DNA of 63,789 nucleotides, filler included, from Platydemus manokwari (Eukaryota): NCBI GenBank assembly GCA_037951405.1. It is 6 parts of 6 records of this genome, joined end to end, with 100 filler letters (N's around TTAATTAATTAA, not from the genome) between each part and the next. Parts side by side here need not be neighbours in the genome. Positions count along the whole stretch, not along the records: positions 9,918 to 18,688 come from JBBMOY011352315.1; positions 18,789 to 31,827 come from JBBMOY011869165.1; 4 more parts are not named here. One strand, 5' to 3'. Shown piece by piece: positions 14,583 to 26,049 of this stretch (position 1 is its first letter; each line of letters starts with the position of its first letter). The notes under the pieces were generated by a model. It saw only the letters and a program-made list of their open reading frames with translations, ran no database searches and was not told where the DNA came from. The position numbers and the translations under genes were made by a program.

Positions 14583-16044
14583 GGTTTATATAGCATGAAT
14601 ATGTGCTCTCAATTCATATTCAGAGCATAACAGTGTCGTTATTAGTATATCATCTAGAAATGTTCGTGCTGTCATATTGGTTAATTATAAGCATTTAAAT
14701 TACATGATGAAACAGGAGGTTTTAAACTAGATTCCAAATTGCTGATCTCTAAATCAGGTTCTGATAGAAAACAAAATGATTTTTTTTATTAAAAGTATTC
14801 GACAAGCTCAAACTATTATCTCTGGAAAAATATAACCACATGATAGGAGATAATTAAATTTTATCACACGACATTTCAAATAATAAAATCGATGATATAT
14901 TTCAGCATGAAAATTTGGAAATAAGCTAATTTGATATTATTATATGGGATTTCCATCATAATCTTGCTCGATTATCAATCATTAATTTCTTATCAAAAAG
15001 AATTCACTGGTTCATCACTTATAATAAGAGATATCAATCAATATCTGTTAATAGGAAAGATTATTGTTCTCATATGTGTAATATAATGAAAAACCCGATG
15101 TATTTGTTTTACAGAGGAATCATTGTTTATGACGACATTAGTTATTACATTTGTTGAAAAATGAATAACCTATTGGTATTGTTTGCTCTTAATGGGATAC
15201 AATATATTTGTCATTGCCTTTAAACAGCTTGGAGAATCATTTATATTTTCACGATAATCTTATTAGATAATTTTCAAAATAAAGTTTCCTTCCTATTAAT
15301 CACAATAATCCTCTATTTTTAAAGCACCTAAATTCACAACTGCTACTGCAACCGATTTCTGTTTGTCGCTTTTTTGAGCAATTATTCATTAGATATCTAT
15401 GACAGTAATATAAACCTGTGAACGAATCATTCCGATCAATAAGTCATGATAGAATTATCATTGATAAGAAAATTGATCAAAGGTTTTCATCAATTTATGT
15501 CAATACGACAATTATCAAATTATTTTTAAGATTTCTGCTATTTCTATTAAGACTTGATTATTAGTTTTTCACATTTTTCTCTGCTATCGAACTATTTTCA
15601 TTTGAAAAACCTACAAATATGACGTTTAAATAAATTAAATCTAAAATTCCACACATGCTAATAAACTATTGATTTCTTGAACTTTGATCGTTTATGGCGC
15701 CTAGTTATTGAACAGAACTCAATGATCATAGAAGCAATATGCCGGCCGGATTTTGAAGGTCAAAGCCTGTAAATTATCAGTGGCCTATATTCGATAATTT
15801 CTTAATAAAACTAAAGCGAGTTATGCACATTAAAACATTCTTGAAAATTATCAATTTGAACAGCTTTTAATTTGGTATAAATAATTGAATTATTATTATT
15901 ATCATATTATTATTAGAATCTAATAATTACTCTACCACATGTTTGTGCCACTATATATTTTGGTAGAAATCGCATTTTGTAAAAACTTTTGTTATAATAA
16001 AATTCACTAATAGACAATAGATTTTTATTTATAAATTTTGAGAA

Positions 16045-18406
16045 ATGATTATCGAAATAAACAAAACAGTTTTATCCAAGTATTTTTAAAATATAAACAA
16101 TATTAATCAGCAAATAAAATCAATGCAATGTTAAAATTATTTTCAAAAAAACCCGTAAAAATCATTTGAGACGCTTATTTAAACGTTCTTTTTCCATTTT
16201 CAGACAAGATTTGTTGAAGGCTCATATGAACATGATCATGGATCAATATTAAGATTAATATGCTCCATTGTAGCACTCAGTGTTGGAGTTTTATCCGTTA
16301 TTCTAAACTTATTTGCCGTGATTGCAATTAGTCGCATTAGAGGAAGTCTTCCAGTGAACATTCGACTAGTTTCTTGTCTCGTGGCTTTTGATTTATTGGT
16401 ATCGATAGTCGTAATCATCAATATTTCATTTACATTACCTTATCATGTGAGTAAATTGTACATTTATTTTAACGATTTTTAATATTGACAAATTGTGAGT
16501 AGATAAATTATAACCAATATTTATTTAGTCTTCATCAAAGTATATATTTAATTCAACTTTGAAATGGCAAATGCATCATGAAGAAACACTTCCACGATTT
16601 CGTCCATGTGTGGCACTTGCTCTTCATGTGATGAGATTCACGAGTTACAACGGCACTTTACTCAGTCTTACGGCATTAGCTACTGATCTCTATATTGCCA
16701 TCATGTATCCATTAAATTATTTAAGCCTCATGCGTAAAGATCGAGTAAATTTCATTATCGGATTCATTATGTTTATCGCTTTGTTACTTGGAAGCTGTCC
16801 TTTCTACATTCCATTAATGAATAACAGTGATGAACCAAGAAAAGTTAATTTAAATTACTGCGCTAAAAGATGGCGATCACACATCAAATCCAGTTTTGGA
16901 ACTTTTGGAATAATTTTGGTGTCGGTTATTGTAGTATTAATCGTTTACAGTACCGTCTTTTATCAGATAAGAAATTTTCATAAAAATGGTGTCCAATGTA
17001 TCCGCCAAACCAATAAGCAAATTCCAAACAACAACACTGGCAAACAACGTCCAGTCATTCGAGAATCGAGCAATTGTAGCACTTTCAAGAAAAACCAACG
17101 TGGACTGACAACAACTCTTGTGTTGTTACTGGTTTTTCTCTGTTGCTTTTTGCCATCTTTCGTCATTGAAATATATTTAATGATTTATGCTAGTCGCCAA
17201 TTAGCGGTATATCGAAAAGATATTATTTTGACTTCAATATTGATGAATTTACCATTGATATCTTCAGCTCTTGATCCATTATTATATTCATATCGATTGA
17301 AAGATATACAGATATCGTATTTGAAATTATTTTGTTGTTATCGAGATGAAACGAAACCAAATTTACCTCCGTAAGTCATTACAATTAAAAGTTAAACCGA
17401 TATATTTTATTTATATCGATTTTAATATTTGATATTAATATTTGAATAATATATTGATATGAGATCAAATTCCAATAACAACCGGTACTTAAGATCAAAT
17501 GGTAAAGTGATAGCGTAAGTTATTGAATTGACCATGACTTCAAATCCATCAATGAGGGAGTTATTAAATCGTAGATTTGTAATTGAAATAATTCATGCTG
17601 AAATAGGTAAAAATTCCATCATTAAACATCAAAACCTTTACAATTTTCAAATTATAATAATTTATTTTTGAAAAATTTTTTCAAAATTAATATTTATTTT
17701 ACATGACAATAATAACAGCTAAAACAGTTTAGTCGCTGGTCGAGCCAGACTTCATCCAACTATTCCAGTTTATCGACCTGTGCATCGTAGATCCATTGCG
17801 TGTACGAGTCCGAATTCGAATACAAAACAATCCTTGCCATGGAGTCAGAGATTAGCCAATGCAACTGGTATTTATATTGAAAGAATTCGGAAGATAAGTG
17901 GACGAGAATCAAATACAATCAACTTATTACATAAACGTACCCCGGCATCAGCACCACCATATGATAAGCCCGTGGATTATGAGGCTCATAATGAGGCATT
18001 ATTACCTGATGCGATCGTCAATAATCCTTGTTTCACTGTTCCTGCTGAATTTTCTATGGCATCTGCGAATTTCATATCTCCTCCTAAAATGGTTCTGGGA
18101 ACTTGGGATTTTGCTAATAAATCTTTAAGACAATCTTGGTTTAGGGATGATGTAACAGCGACTCATCATCCATCGAAGCATTCAATCAATTTGTTTGGCC
18201 GAAAAAACAAGTTGTCTAGTTATTCCTCATCGGAATGTGGTGCATGTTCAGCGCATTCAGGATCGATTGATTCCGCTAATACTAATAGTACCGGTACTGC
18301 AGGTTCATACAATCAAAGTCGTAGTATGTCTTTTGATAATGGGAAAGAAAAATCAATCAAAATGAGAAACAAAATAATCGAATTACCCAACAAAATAATA
18401 GAATAG
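16045..18406 (+). CDS. Orphan rhodopsin-like (class A) GPCR. Exons: candidate 16045-16068, then 16204-16446, 16529-17370, 17728-18406
   Basis: Exon 16204-16446 encodes TM1 (GVLSVILNLFAVIAI) and TM2 (SCLVAFDLL). Exon 16529-17370 encodes TM3 (LATDLYIAIMYPLNY), TM4-TM5, TM6 (FLCCFLP) and TM7 (SALDPLLY). The phase-2 intron 17371-17727 joins in frame to a Ser/Thr-rich tail. The first exon (MIIEINKT, an N-glycosylation sequon) is tentative. Confidence 0.9.
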
Positions 18407-18688
18407 ATTAAAGTTCTATAATATTTAAGGAAATACCGATTGAGAAATTTATTTTAATCATAACTTTTGACTATTGTTGGTTTTCTGTAGAATTTGATTG
18501 ATTTAAAGAAAGAATAATGTTTGATTGTCGTACATGGGGTTTATTATGTAATTATTCGCATAATTTTTCTTGTTTTTGATCAATAACTATTATTCTTATT
18601 GGAATATTGAGAAAATCATCTCATAAATACTATACACGCACTTTATCTTATTCGTTATGTCTCTAATGCGATGTCGCGAATAGTTATA

Positions 18689-18788
18689 NNNNNNNNNNNN
18701 NNNNNNNNNNNNNNNNNNNNNNNNNNNNNNNNTTAATTAATTAANNNNNNNNNNNNNNNNNNNNNNNNNNNNNNNNNNNNNNNNNNNN
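18689..18788. other. Assembly spacer
   Basis: 44N-TTAATTAATTAA-44N. Confidence 0.97.
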
Positions 18789-21700
18789 GAAAATAAATGT
18801 ATAATTATAATACAGGTAAAATTTAAATTTATAGACACCAATAAGTTTATTTTAAGTAACTATAGTAATGCTTCTTTCGAGATTTGCCAGCTAATGTCTA
18901 TGATTTTAACAAAAAATAAAATATAAAATTACAGTCTTTATATTTATGTTATTTCACTTAAAAATCTACGAACAATAGCTAAAAATCACGAAAGTTTTGC
19001 GATTTAGACAGATGTTTTTTCGGAACAAATTGTAATCATAGAAAAATAACATAAATAATCCCAGTACAATACAAACAATATGTTGTATACGATAGAATTG
19101 AAAAAAAAGAGATTCTAATTATAAAAATAGTAGTAGATAACCTATTTATAATATTTAGTAGCTCATTTATTAATAAATAATAATTAATAAATAAAAAATA
19201 TAAAACCGGCGGTATTCGTTGTGGATACACATCATCGGACTTGGCATTAATTAATTTACATGACCACAATTCATTTTGTTTTCTTTTATTTTAAAAACTC
19301 AGTGAATTTTTAATTATTTATATTTTACGAATATTTGACAAGTTATCTGATCGGCTGTCCCGAGATATTGTATTTTAACCATTATAAATTATGAGTTCTC
19401 TGTCAAATTGAAACAAGTGTAGCTTTATGAATATTTAATATATTTTAATTTTGATTACATATTGCGTTATAACAAAATATTTATAAAAAATATTATTTTA
19501 AATGTTATCTAATTTTGGAGCTCAATTTCGGAATGAATTCTCAGTGATTTCGTATCGTACGGAATACCGTAAAACATTTAATGAAAGTTATGTATGTTAC
19601 ACATAAGTCCAAGTTTAGTGGGTGATCTATGGATATTAGATGTCTCGTCAATGTCTGGTCATTACAGTTTTTTTAAACGTTTGTATGAAACATTCACATA
19701 AGTGATAATTTCATTGAACTTACAAAATGACTTTCGAACTCAGAAATCTACAAATCAGAAACAGCTAATTTGAATCAAACAAACAAGGAGAAGATCATAA
19801 ACTCGAATCGACAATGTTTCTCGACAAGTTATGACAGGCCCATTTAAAAATTTAACAATAAATTTATGAAATTTTCTGTAAAAATTATTATCATATCATC
19901 TTTAACTTTATCCTTTAAGCCTTTCTATTATTTTTGAGAATAAAAATCTTTTAAATTGGTGGAAATTTTTAAATAAGTGGAGTCTAATTAGAACTTACGG
20001 TAAGTAAAGATAAATTTATAACTCAAAACGTTTGAGTGCAATAAAAAATAAACCAAATAAATTTAATACGTGATTAACACAATATAATTACACAAAACAG
20101 AAGGTTGAGAGAGCAAAAAGAGAATAAAAATAATGAATGTCATATTATCATGTAGTCAAAACAATCGTGTAAAGATTATTTTCAATTAAGAATTAAGATT
20201 TTAAAAGTATACATTAAATTAAATTAAATATGAACAGAATACAATTAATTGAATACATTAATCGCATGATATAATTATACAAAACAGATAGGATTGAAAG
20301 AGCAAAACATATTAAAAAACAATTTTAAAACCATCTAAAGTTTAAATAGAATATATTTTATGAAAATATTTTAAAATTTAATTTTAAGTTGTAAAGGAAA
20401 AGATAAAGAAATGTTAAAACAGAAAATTTAAAAACTTAAAATAATTATAAAAAAGTATTTAAAATATAATTTACCAAAAAATATTCTTTCTTGCAGCAAA
20501 TTTTATTTCTTTGTAGTTTATTTATCTAACCTAAAGATCAATAAAAAGAATTGAATGATATAAAATCTATTTTTACAACGATAATAAAAACCGTCCAAAC
20601 AATATTAGAAGCAAAATTCACGATTTACCATTCGTCGTTATATCAAATTTAATTGACACTCAAATCCAAATAGGTACAACAGCAAATTAAGCGATAATTT
20701 TAAGAATTTTTATGCATATTTTAAGATTTAATTTACTGTTAGAAAATTAGATTTAATTTTAAATATACAATTTGAATCCCATTTTGCATTAGATTTTAAA
20801 AATATAAATATTTCTATGATATCATAATCATCATAATCTGAATAACAACCAATTATTATTTATTTATTTATGTCAGTCATTTGGAGAAATTTATAAATGA
20901 GCCTTGCTTTGGGATAAAACAATAAATGGATTGATATTAATATAATTCTCTATATAAGTTATACATGTAGATATTGCGTAATTATAAAATAACTGGCATT
21001 TACACATAGAGAATGATCCTTCATCTATTATTAAATTGTGATAAACAATATCAATAGCTAATCATATTTCTTCATCTTCATCCCATTTGAGAGAAAATAA
21101 AACGAGTACATAAACTTCATAGTCCACTTCAATACTAAAAATGAAGTTTCGTTAATTTCAAATAAATGTTTTGAATATTTTTTGGGATGCTACCAGATAT
21201 ATTAATCAATAAATTTGATTCAATTAGCCTGATAACAATCAATCTGAAGTTGACAATATCCAAGGAAGTTTGATTAAGCAACAAAAGAGATCAATTGAAA
21301 TTTCACGTGTAGTGAAAAATAAGTTGTGAACAATACGTTGAAAGTGAATCTTAAATTTGTCAGTGAAAAGAGTGATGAAAATTATTTATTGATCCTAGAT
21401 TTTGTTCAATAAATTATGTTCACGATATTATATGAATATATGAAAACAATAGTGATATTAAATATGAATTTGACAAAGAAATATCCACGTAATGACCTAT
21501 ATTTTAGATAAATATAAAAGCAAATATGTGATATCTCTTTATGGATTACATTTGAATGTATTCATGTCACGAATTGTGTTAAAGAAATCATGAAATTTTG
21601 TAATATTCGTGGATTTCAATCAATATTTCATTTAATGTATCGATACATGATTTGTTCGAAACTCCATTTATTTTAAAAACACCAACACTGAAGAGATTTA

Positions 21701-21792
21701 TTCAAATTATTCAATACAAACTATTCTCTATATGAATGACTTGATATTATAATAATATGAAATAACTTCCATAAATCATTACTGTAATATCA

Positions 21793-22017
21793 ATGAAACT
21801 GAGGTAAAATTTATATATTGATTAAATATTTGATATAATTATTGAATGATATTGAAGATATCTATTTTTGATCTGCATTATTTTATTGGCTTTTAACATT
21901 GCCTTTGAGATGGTTTCGGGAACAACTGATTCTTCAGAAAATAGTAAGGATACAAAGAAACCTTTGAGAGAGTATCAGGGCAAAGATGGTAGAACCTATT
22001 ATGACACAGGACGCTAA
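21793..22017 (+). CDS. 56-aa secreted peptide precursor (exons 21793-21803 and 21858-22017): MKLRYLFLICIILLAFNIAFEMVSGTTDSSENSKDTKKPLREYQGKDGRTYYDTGR
   Basis: ATGAAACTGAG|gtaaaa...ttgaag|ATATCTA defines a 54-nt GT-AG intron that gives an exact 57-codon frame. The product has a basic n-region, a hydrophobic h-region and VSG as a likely signal-cleavage site, then KK, GK, GR and terminal GR-stop processing/amidation motifs. AATAAA lies at 22060-22065. Confidence 0.72.
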
Positions 22018-23099
22018 ACAGTGATAAATGAATGTTTATTCACATCTTGATTGGTGATTAATAAAATGATTTCAAAATAATTTTATCTCTTTTATACCAG
22101 TTCCAAATTATTTATTTTTAAATGGAAATCAATGCATTATAAATATGTTATTATTAATTTAATAATTATAAAATTCATTTGTAGTGTGTATCTATGTGCT
22201 TACATCATGTTGAGGGAGAGAATTTTAAATGATATACTTCAAATCTATCTATACTTCATCGATTTTACTGATTATTTGAGATTCCATAGTGCTATCGATA
22301 GATCGATTTTAAGGTTAATATCTTTCATTGCATGTTAAATATTAGTGTAAAAATATTAAATACATTATCATAATTATATTTCGATTACATAATAACTTTT
22401 CTAAAGCCATTTCGTTCAGTAGCAAATTATCGTTACTATTATGAATTATATAATTAATAATAATAATCATTATTGTTGAAGATTATTATTATTGAACCAT
22501 TTTTATAAATCTTTATTTATTATAATGCTTTTTTTAAAATTTGTTTTAATGTGTGTGTTTAATGATACGTCGGTGATAACATTTATTCAACGAATTCTCC
22601 AAATGGAAATTGAATCATAAACCGGATTATATGATTACATGATATAAGAAATCAAACAATGAAAGATTCTTCGTGCTTTATTTAAGAAACAATAAAAGAA
22701 AATTTCTAATAATTGTTTATCCTGTTATAAATACAAAATATCAAATTGATTTTTTAAACACATTTGGTTCACTCTAATTTCATTCGTCAAGTATCCAATT
22801 TTCATTTTCAATGTTTCGATAATATTTTTTTACTTTCTCGGATAAATAGAATTAAATCTAATGTTATTAAAATATATTTTCCTCGAGCGAAATAATTCAC
22901 AGTACCATTTCTCAGATTCTGTGCCATTTATCACATTCATATTTATCAACTGCGGAACATCCTTTATTTAGTTTTATTTTTCTTTCCTTAAGTAAATTTT
23001 TAATCGAATATCATGTTTAAACAGAAAACTGTATCATAACATGATTAGCATTGTTTGTTACCCTAATCTCATCTTTTGTAATAACTACAGTTAAACAAA

Positions 23100-23325
23100 T
23101 ATTTTGTCATTATATAGCTCAAATTCTAATGAATGAATGGCTCAATTTCTGGCTGACAGATTTTGCCAAGCACCAGATCCTAACTAAAGTGGAGCTTTTA
23201 ATATAAAACTTCAGAAGTCAACCAATAACTTCAGAATGAAATACGATATTCACGGATTTGATGTAAAATGGCGTTCTTGTTTATATGGACGATATTTTAG
23301 TGTATAGAATAACAGTAGATTAGAT
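23100..23325 (+). mobile_element. LTR-retrotransposon (Ty3/gypsy-like) reverse transcriptase relic
   Basis: Reads NGVLVYMDDILVY, with YMDD at 23282-23293. The surrounding frame is disrupted. Confidence 0.65.
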
Positions 23326-23339
23326 AAACTATCTGAATA

Positions 23340-23525
23340 GTGCATTTTTATTTCCCAGTTAAGCATTTTTCCAATTCATTAATACATTACTATCTTTGGA
23401 ATTCTAAAATGGCAAATCCTATAAAATTAAATATGTCAAACATTATACTTGATTTATTCATATGCACAGCTATTACATCTGCTGTAAATATCTTTGATAT
23501 AAAGTTATTTTCGATGTTATTATTT
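23340..23525 (-). mobile_element. Polinton/Maverick-type protein-primed DNA polymerase B fragment
   Basis: Minus strand reads KIFTADVIAVHMNKSSIMFDIFNFIGFAILEFQR. This resembles the AVHM.K..I.F.KP.Y.GF.ILE.SK segment that precedes motif C in Polinton pPolB. Confidence 0.6.
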
Positions 23526-24596
23526 AAAGTTTTTTAGAATTATGCACTATTTTTATATTTTAGATTTTTCTTGAATTTTAAATTATCTTACCATAAAATG
23601 AATTATTTAATAATTTAAACAATTCAACCCTTAAATGATTTTTTATTACTTTTGCAATATTTCTTCGTTTAAAATTAAAATCAACTTAACTTCTTAACCA
23701 ACTTAAATAATTTTCAATGATAATTTTAAATATAATAATTTTAAAAAAATTATATTGAATTGTTTAAAATAAGGAAATTATTAAATAATTTAAATATCTT
23801 TATCTATACCTGATTAAGATTGATAATGAAATCTCTCTAGAAAAAGTATTTTAATTTGTTTAAACATTGTATTATGTGTTTGCATTAAATAAATAATGAC
23901 AAAATCGTAAGAATGACTTCTTTTGTGTAAACATCAATTGCAAACCAAGAAAGCGAATAGAAAAATGAAAAACTTACAGAACCCTTGTTATTATTAATCG
24001 AAACCAAATTTTATTGAAATTCTCTCGTCAAATATTTGTTATTTTTCTGCAAAAATTAATTAGTGTTAACTTATTAGGTTCTGTATTGATAATATAAATA
24101 TATATCAGATTCGATATTAAAATATTTTGTTTACATATGAAACACTGACTGACTATATTTACAAATCCAAGACAATGTTTTTCTCAACAATATTCAAGAT
24201 CATATCAAAATATCTATCAGTAACGATTTTATTGAAAGTACTAACAACTTGATATCGGTAATATACTCATTATTGTGACAAAATATTATAAATAATAATT
24301 TTCCATTATTCAGTGTAATTTTTAAATAAGACAAAAATAAAAATCCTATCAAAATCAAAATAATTATTAAATGTAAATTTTAAATTATTAAAATCTAAAT
24401 TATGAATAATAATAAATATATTATTTTTAAAATATATTATTTAATAAAGATATCAGTACATATGAAATAAAAAATTTAGTTAAATTTCGAAAATTATTTA
24501 TTAAGGAATTTCCAATTATTTGTAAATTTTGATTCAAATTAGAATAAAAAGATATGTGCTGATAGGAATTGCAATAAATAAAACAAATTTACATTC

Positions 24597-25045
24597 CATT
24601 TAGATTTGATTATTTAGAAATATATGATATTATATGAAATAAGATGATTTAAGAAAATATGAACAAATATTATAAAATATTAGAAATGTTTTTGATATTA
24701 TCAAATCAAATTTGTTATTTCAGTTCGCTTATGTGTGTTGAGTTTCACCGTGGTATTCGAATTTGTCGAGTCACTATAACCAGCCTTAATTGATATCATG
24801 TTTATGTAAATTTTCATAATAATAATTATAATAATTTAACTATAATTATAGAACTATTATTAGCACTTATTTTCATTTAGATTTCATTATTTAGAAATAT
24901 ATGATGTTATATGAAATAAGATGATTTAAGAGAATATAAACAAATATTATAAAATATGAGAAATGTTTTATAATATTATCAAATCAAATTTGTTATTTCA
25001 GTTCGCTTATGTGTGTTGAGTTTCACCGTGGAATTCGAATTTGTT
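24597..25045. repeat. ~170-bp direct duplication (24597-24766 and 24875-25045) downstream of the peptide gene
   Basis: catttagattt(g/c)attatttagaaatatatgat...ttcagttcgcttatgtgtgttgagtttcaccgtgg(t/a)attcgaatttgt occurs twice with few differences. Confidence 0.9.
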
Positions 25046-25203
25046 TGAATGTATAAAGTGTAACAAAATGTCTGACTAAGTTCAATATTGCAAAAAATTT
25101 ATTTTATTTTTGGAATTTGGCCAAACTTTTTCGTCTGATTATAAATCATATATTAGATTATATTGATTTAAAAGCAAAAATTAAAGTTATTAACATCATT
25201 TTA

Positions 25204-25590
25204 TTAAGGTTTCATACTACTCGAGCGTCCACCATTTGGATTCGAACTGCTGAATCGTCCACCATTTGGATTCGAACTGCTGAACCGTCCAATATTTGGA
25301 TGGGAACTGCTAAATCGTCCACCATTTGGATTCGAACTGCTGAACCGTCCAATATTTGGATGGGAACTGCTAAATCGCCCACTATTTGGATTCGAACTGC
25401 TGAATCGTCCACCAATTGGATTCATGCTAGGTCTTATAGTTCCAAATTGACGTACATTTCGTTCACCTTCATTATCATCTCTCTTTGTATTTGCCTCATC
25501 GTTACTGTTTTCGTCATCTCTTCTCCGATTTGCTTCAACACTTAGATATGTTGCAAAAACACATAACAAAAGAAATGAGCTTAATTTCAT
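25204..25590 (-). CDS. 128-aa secreted multi-copy peptide precursor (signal peptide, acidic pro-piece, tandem FSSS(N/H)PN(G/I/S)GR cassettes)
   Basis: Intronless ATG-to-TAA ORF. Signal MKLSSFLLLCVFATYLSVEA; RRR and KR basic sites in an acidic spacer; Gln after NVR; seven GR motifs at 10-aa spacing. TATAAA about 30 nt upstream (25621-25626, minus strand) and AATAAA downstream. A paralogue is present at 31048-31275. Confidence 0.88.
   Translation of the reverse strand: MKLSSFLLLCVFATYLSVEANRRRDDENSNDEANTKRDDNEGERNVRQFGTIRPSMNPIGGRFSSSNPNSGRFSSSHPNIGRFSSSNPNGGRFSSSHPNIGRFSSSNPNGGRFSSSNPNGGRSSSMKP
25225..25424. repeat. Coding 30-bp tandem repeat (~6.5 units) with a 60-bp higher-order dimer
   Basis: Unit cgtccaccatttggattcgaactgctgaat alternates with the variant cgtccaatatttggatgggaactgctaaat. 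25261-25317 is identical to 25321-25377. Confidence 0.95.
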
Positions 25591-25611
25591 GTTTATTAAA
25601 TGATTACAGAC

Positions 25612-25935
25612 GTAGTTTAATTTATAAGAATATTCATTTCATCTGGAACATATCAAGACTCGTTGAAATCAATTGTAAGATCTATTGATAAATACAGTTT
25701 ATGAGAGATCCATATAGTATGGGAAGAATTTAAAATCACAAAACTATTCTCAACGACATGATTTAAACTATTTCTCAAACTTATAATACTTGGGCTTAAC
25801 TTTTGTGTGATTTTCTTTAAGTAAAACAATTATGTGTATTGATTGATTTCATAAATCCTTTACCAATATTTTCAAGCAAAATTTTTGAAAATTGGAATCA
25901 TGATTAACATGAAAGTTCATTAATATAATGTAATA
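25612..25935. repeat. Upstream/promoter module of the peptide gene, copy A (inverted copy B at 29117-29430, direct copy C at ~31291-31635)
   Basis: Blocks such as tcaagactc(g/a)ttgaaatcaattgtaagat..ttgataaatacagtttatgagagatccatatagtat, aaacttataatacttgggcttaactttt and catgaaagttcattaatataatg are shared with the reverse complement of 29117-29430. Confidence 0.9.
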
Positions 25936-26049
25936 TGTCATAATATTTTTTTAGTATTAAAATATTATCGCTTTATGAGGCCATTGCAGATATTTTATTC
26001 AATCTTCAAGCTAGTATAGATCAATTAGAGTACTGAACACACACATGAA

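Noticed and set aside
17780-18406. 208-aa ORF as a separate gene
   Set aside because: It splices in phase to the GPCR via intron 17371-17727.
25237-25402. Repeated GTTCGAATCC (minus strand) as tRNA T-loops or Pol III B-boxes; also near 62367
   Set aside because: No cloverleaf or A-box is present. The motif arises from the Ser-Ser-Asn-Pro codons AGT TCG AAT CCA and is lost in the His-variant units.
25225-25424. 30-bp repeats as a CRISPR array
   Set aside because: There are no unique spacers, the units are contiguous in-frame coding repeats, the context is eukaryotic and no cas genes are present.
25117-25545. Plus-strand 142-aa ORF (SSTIWIRTAE repeats), ORF 31028-31243 and the alternative minus frame 25212-25415
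   Set aside because: These are shadow frames of the repeat. Only the 25204-25590 minus frame has ATG, signal peptide, processing sites, TATA and a collinear paralogue.
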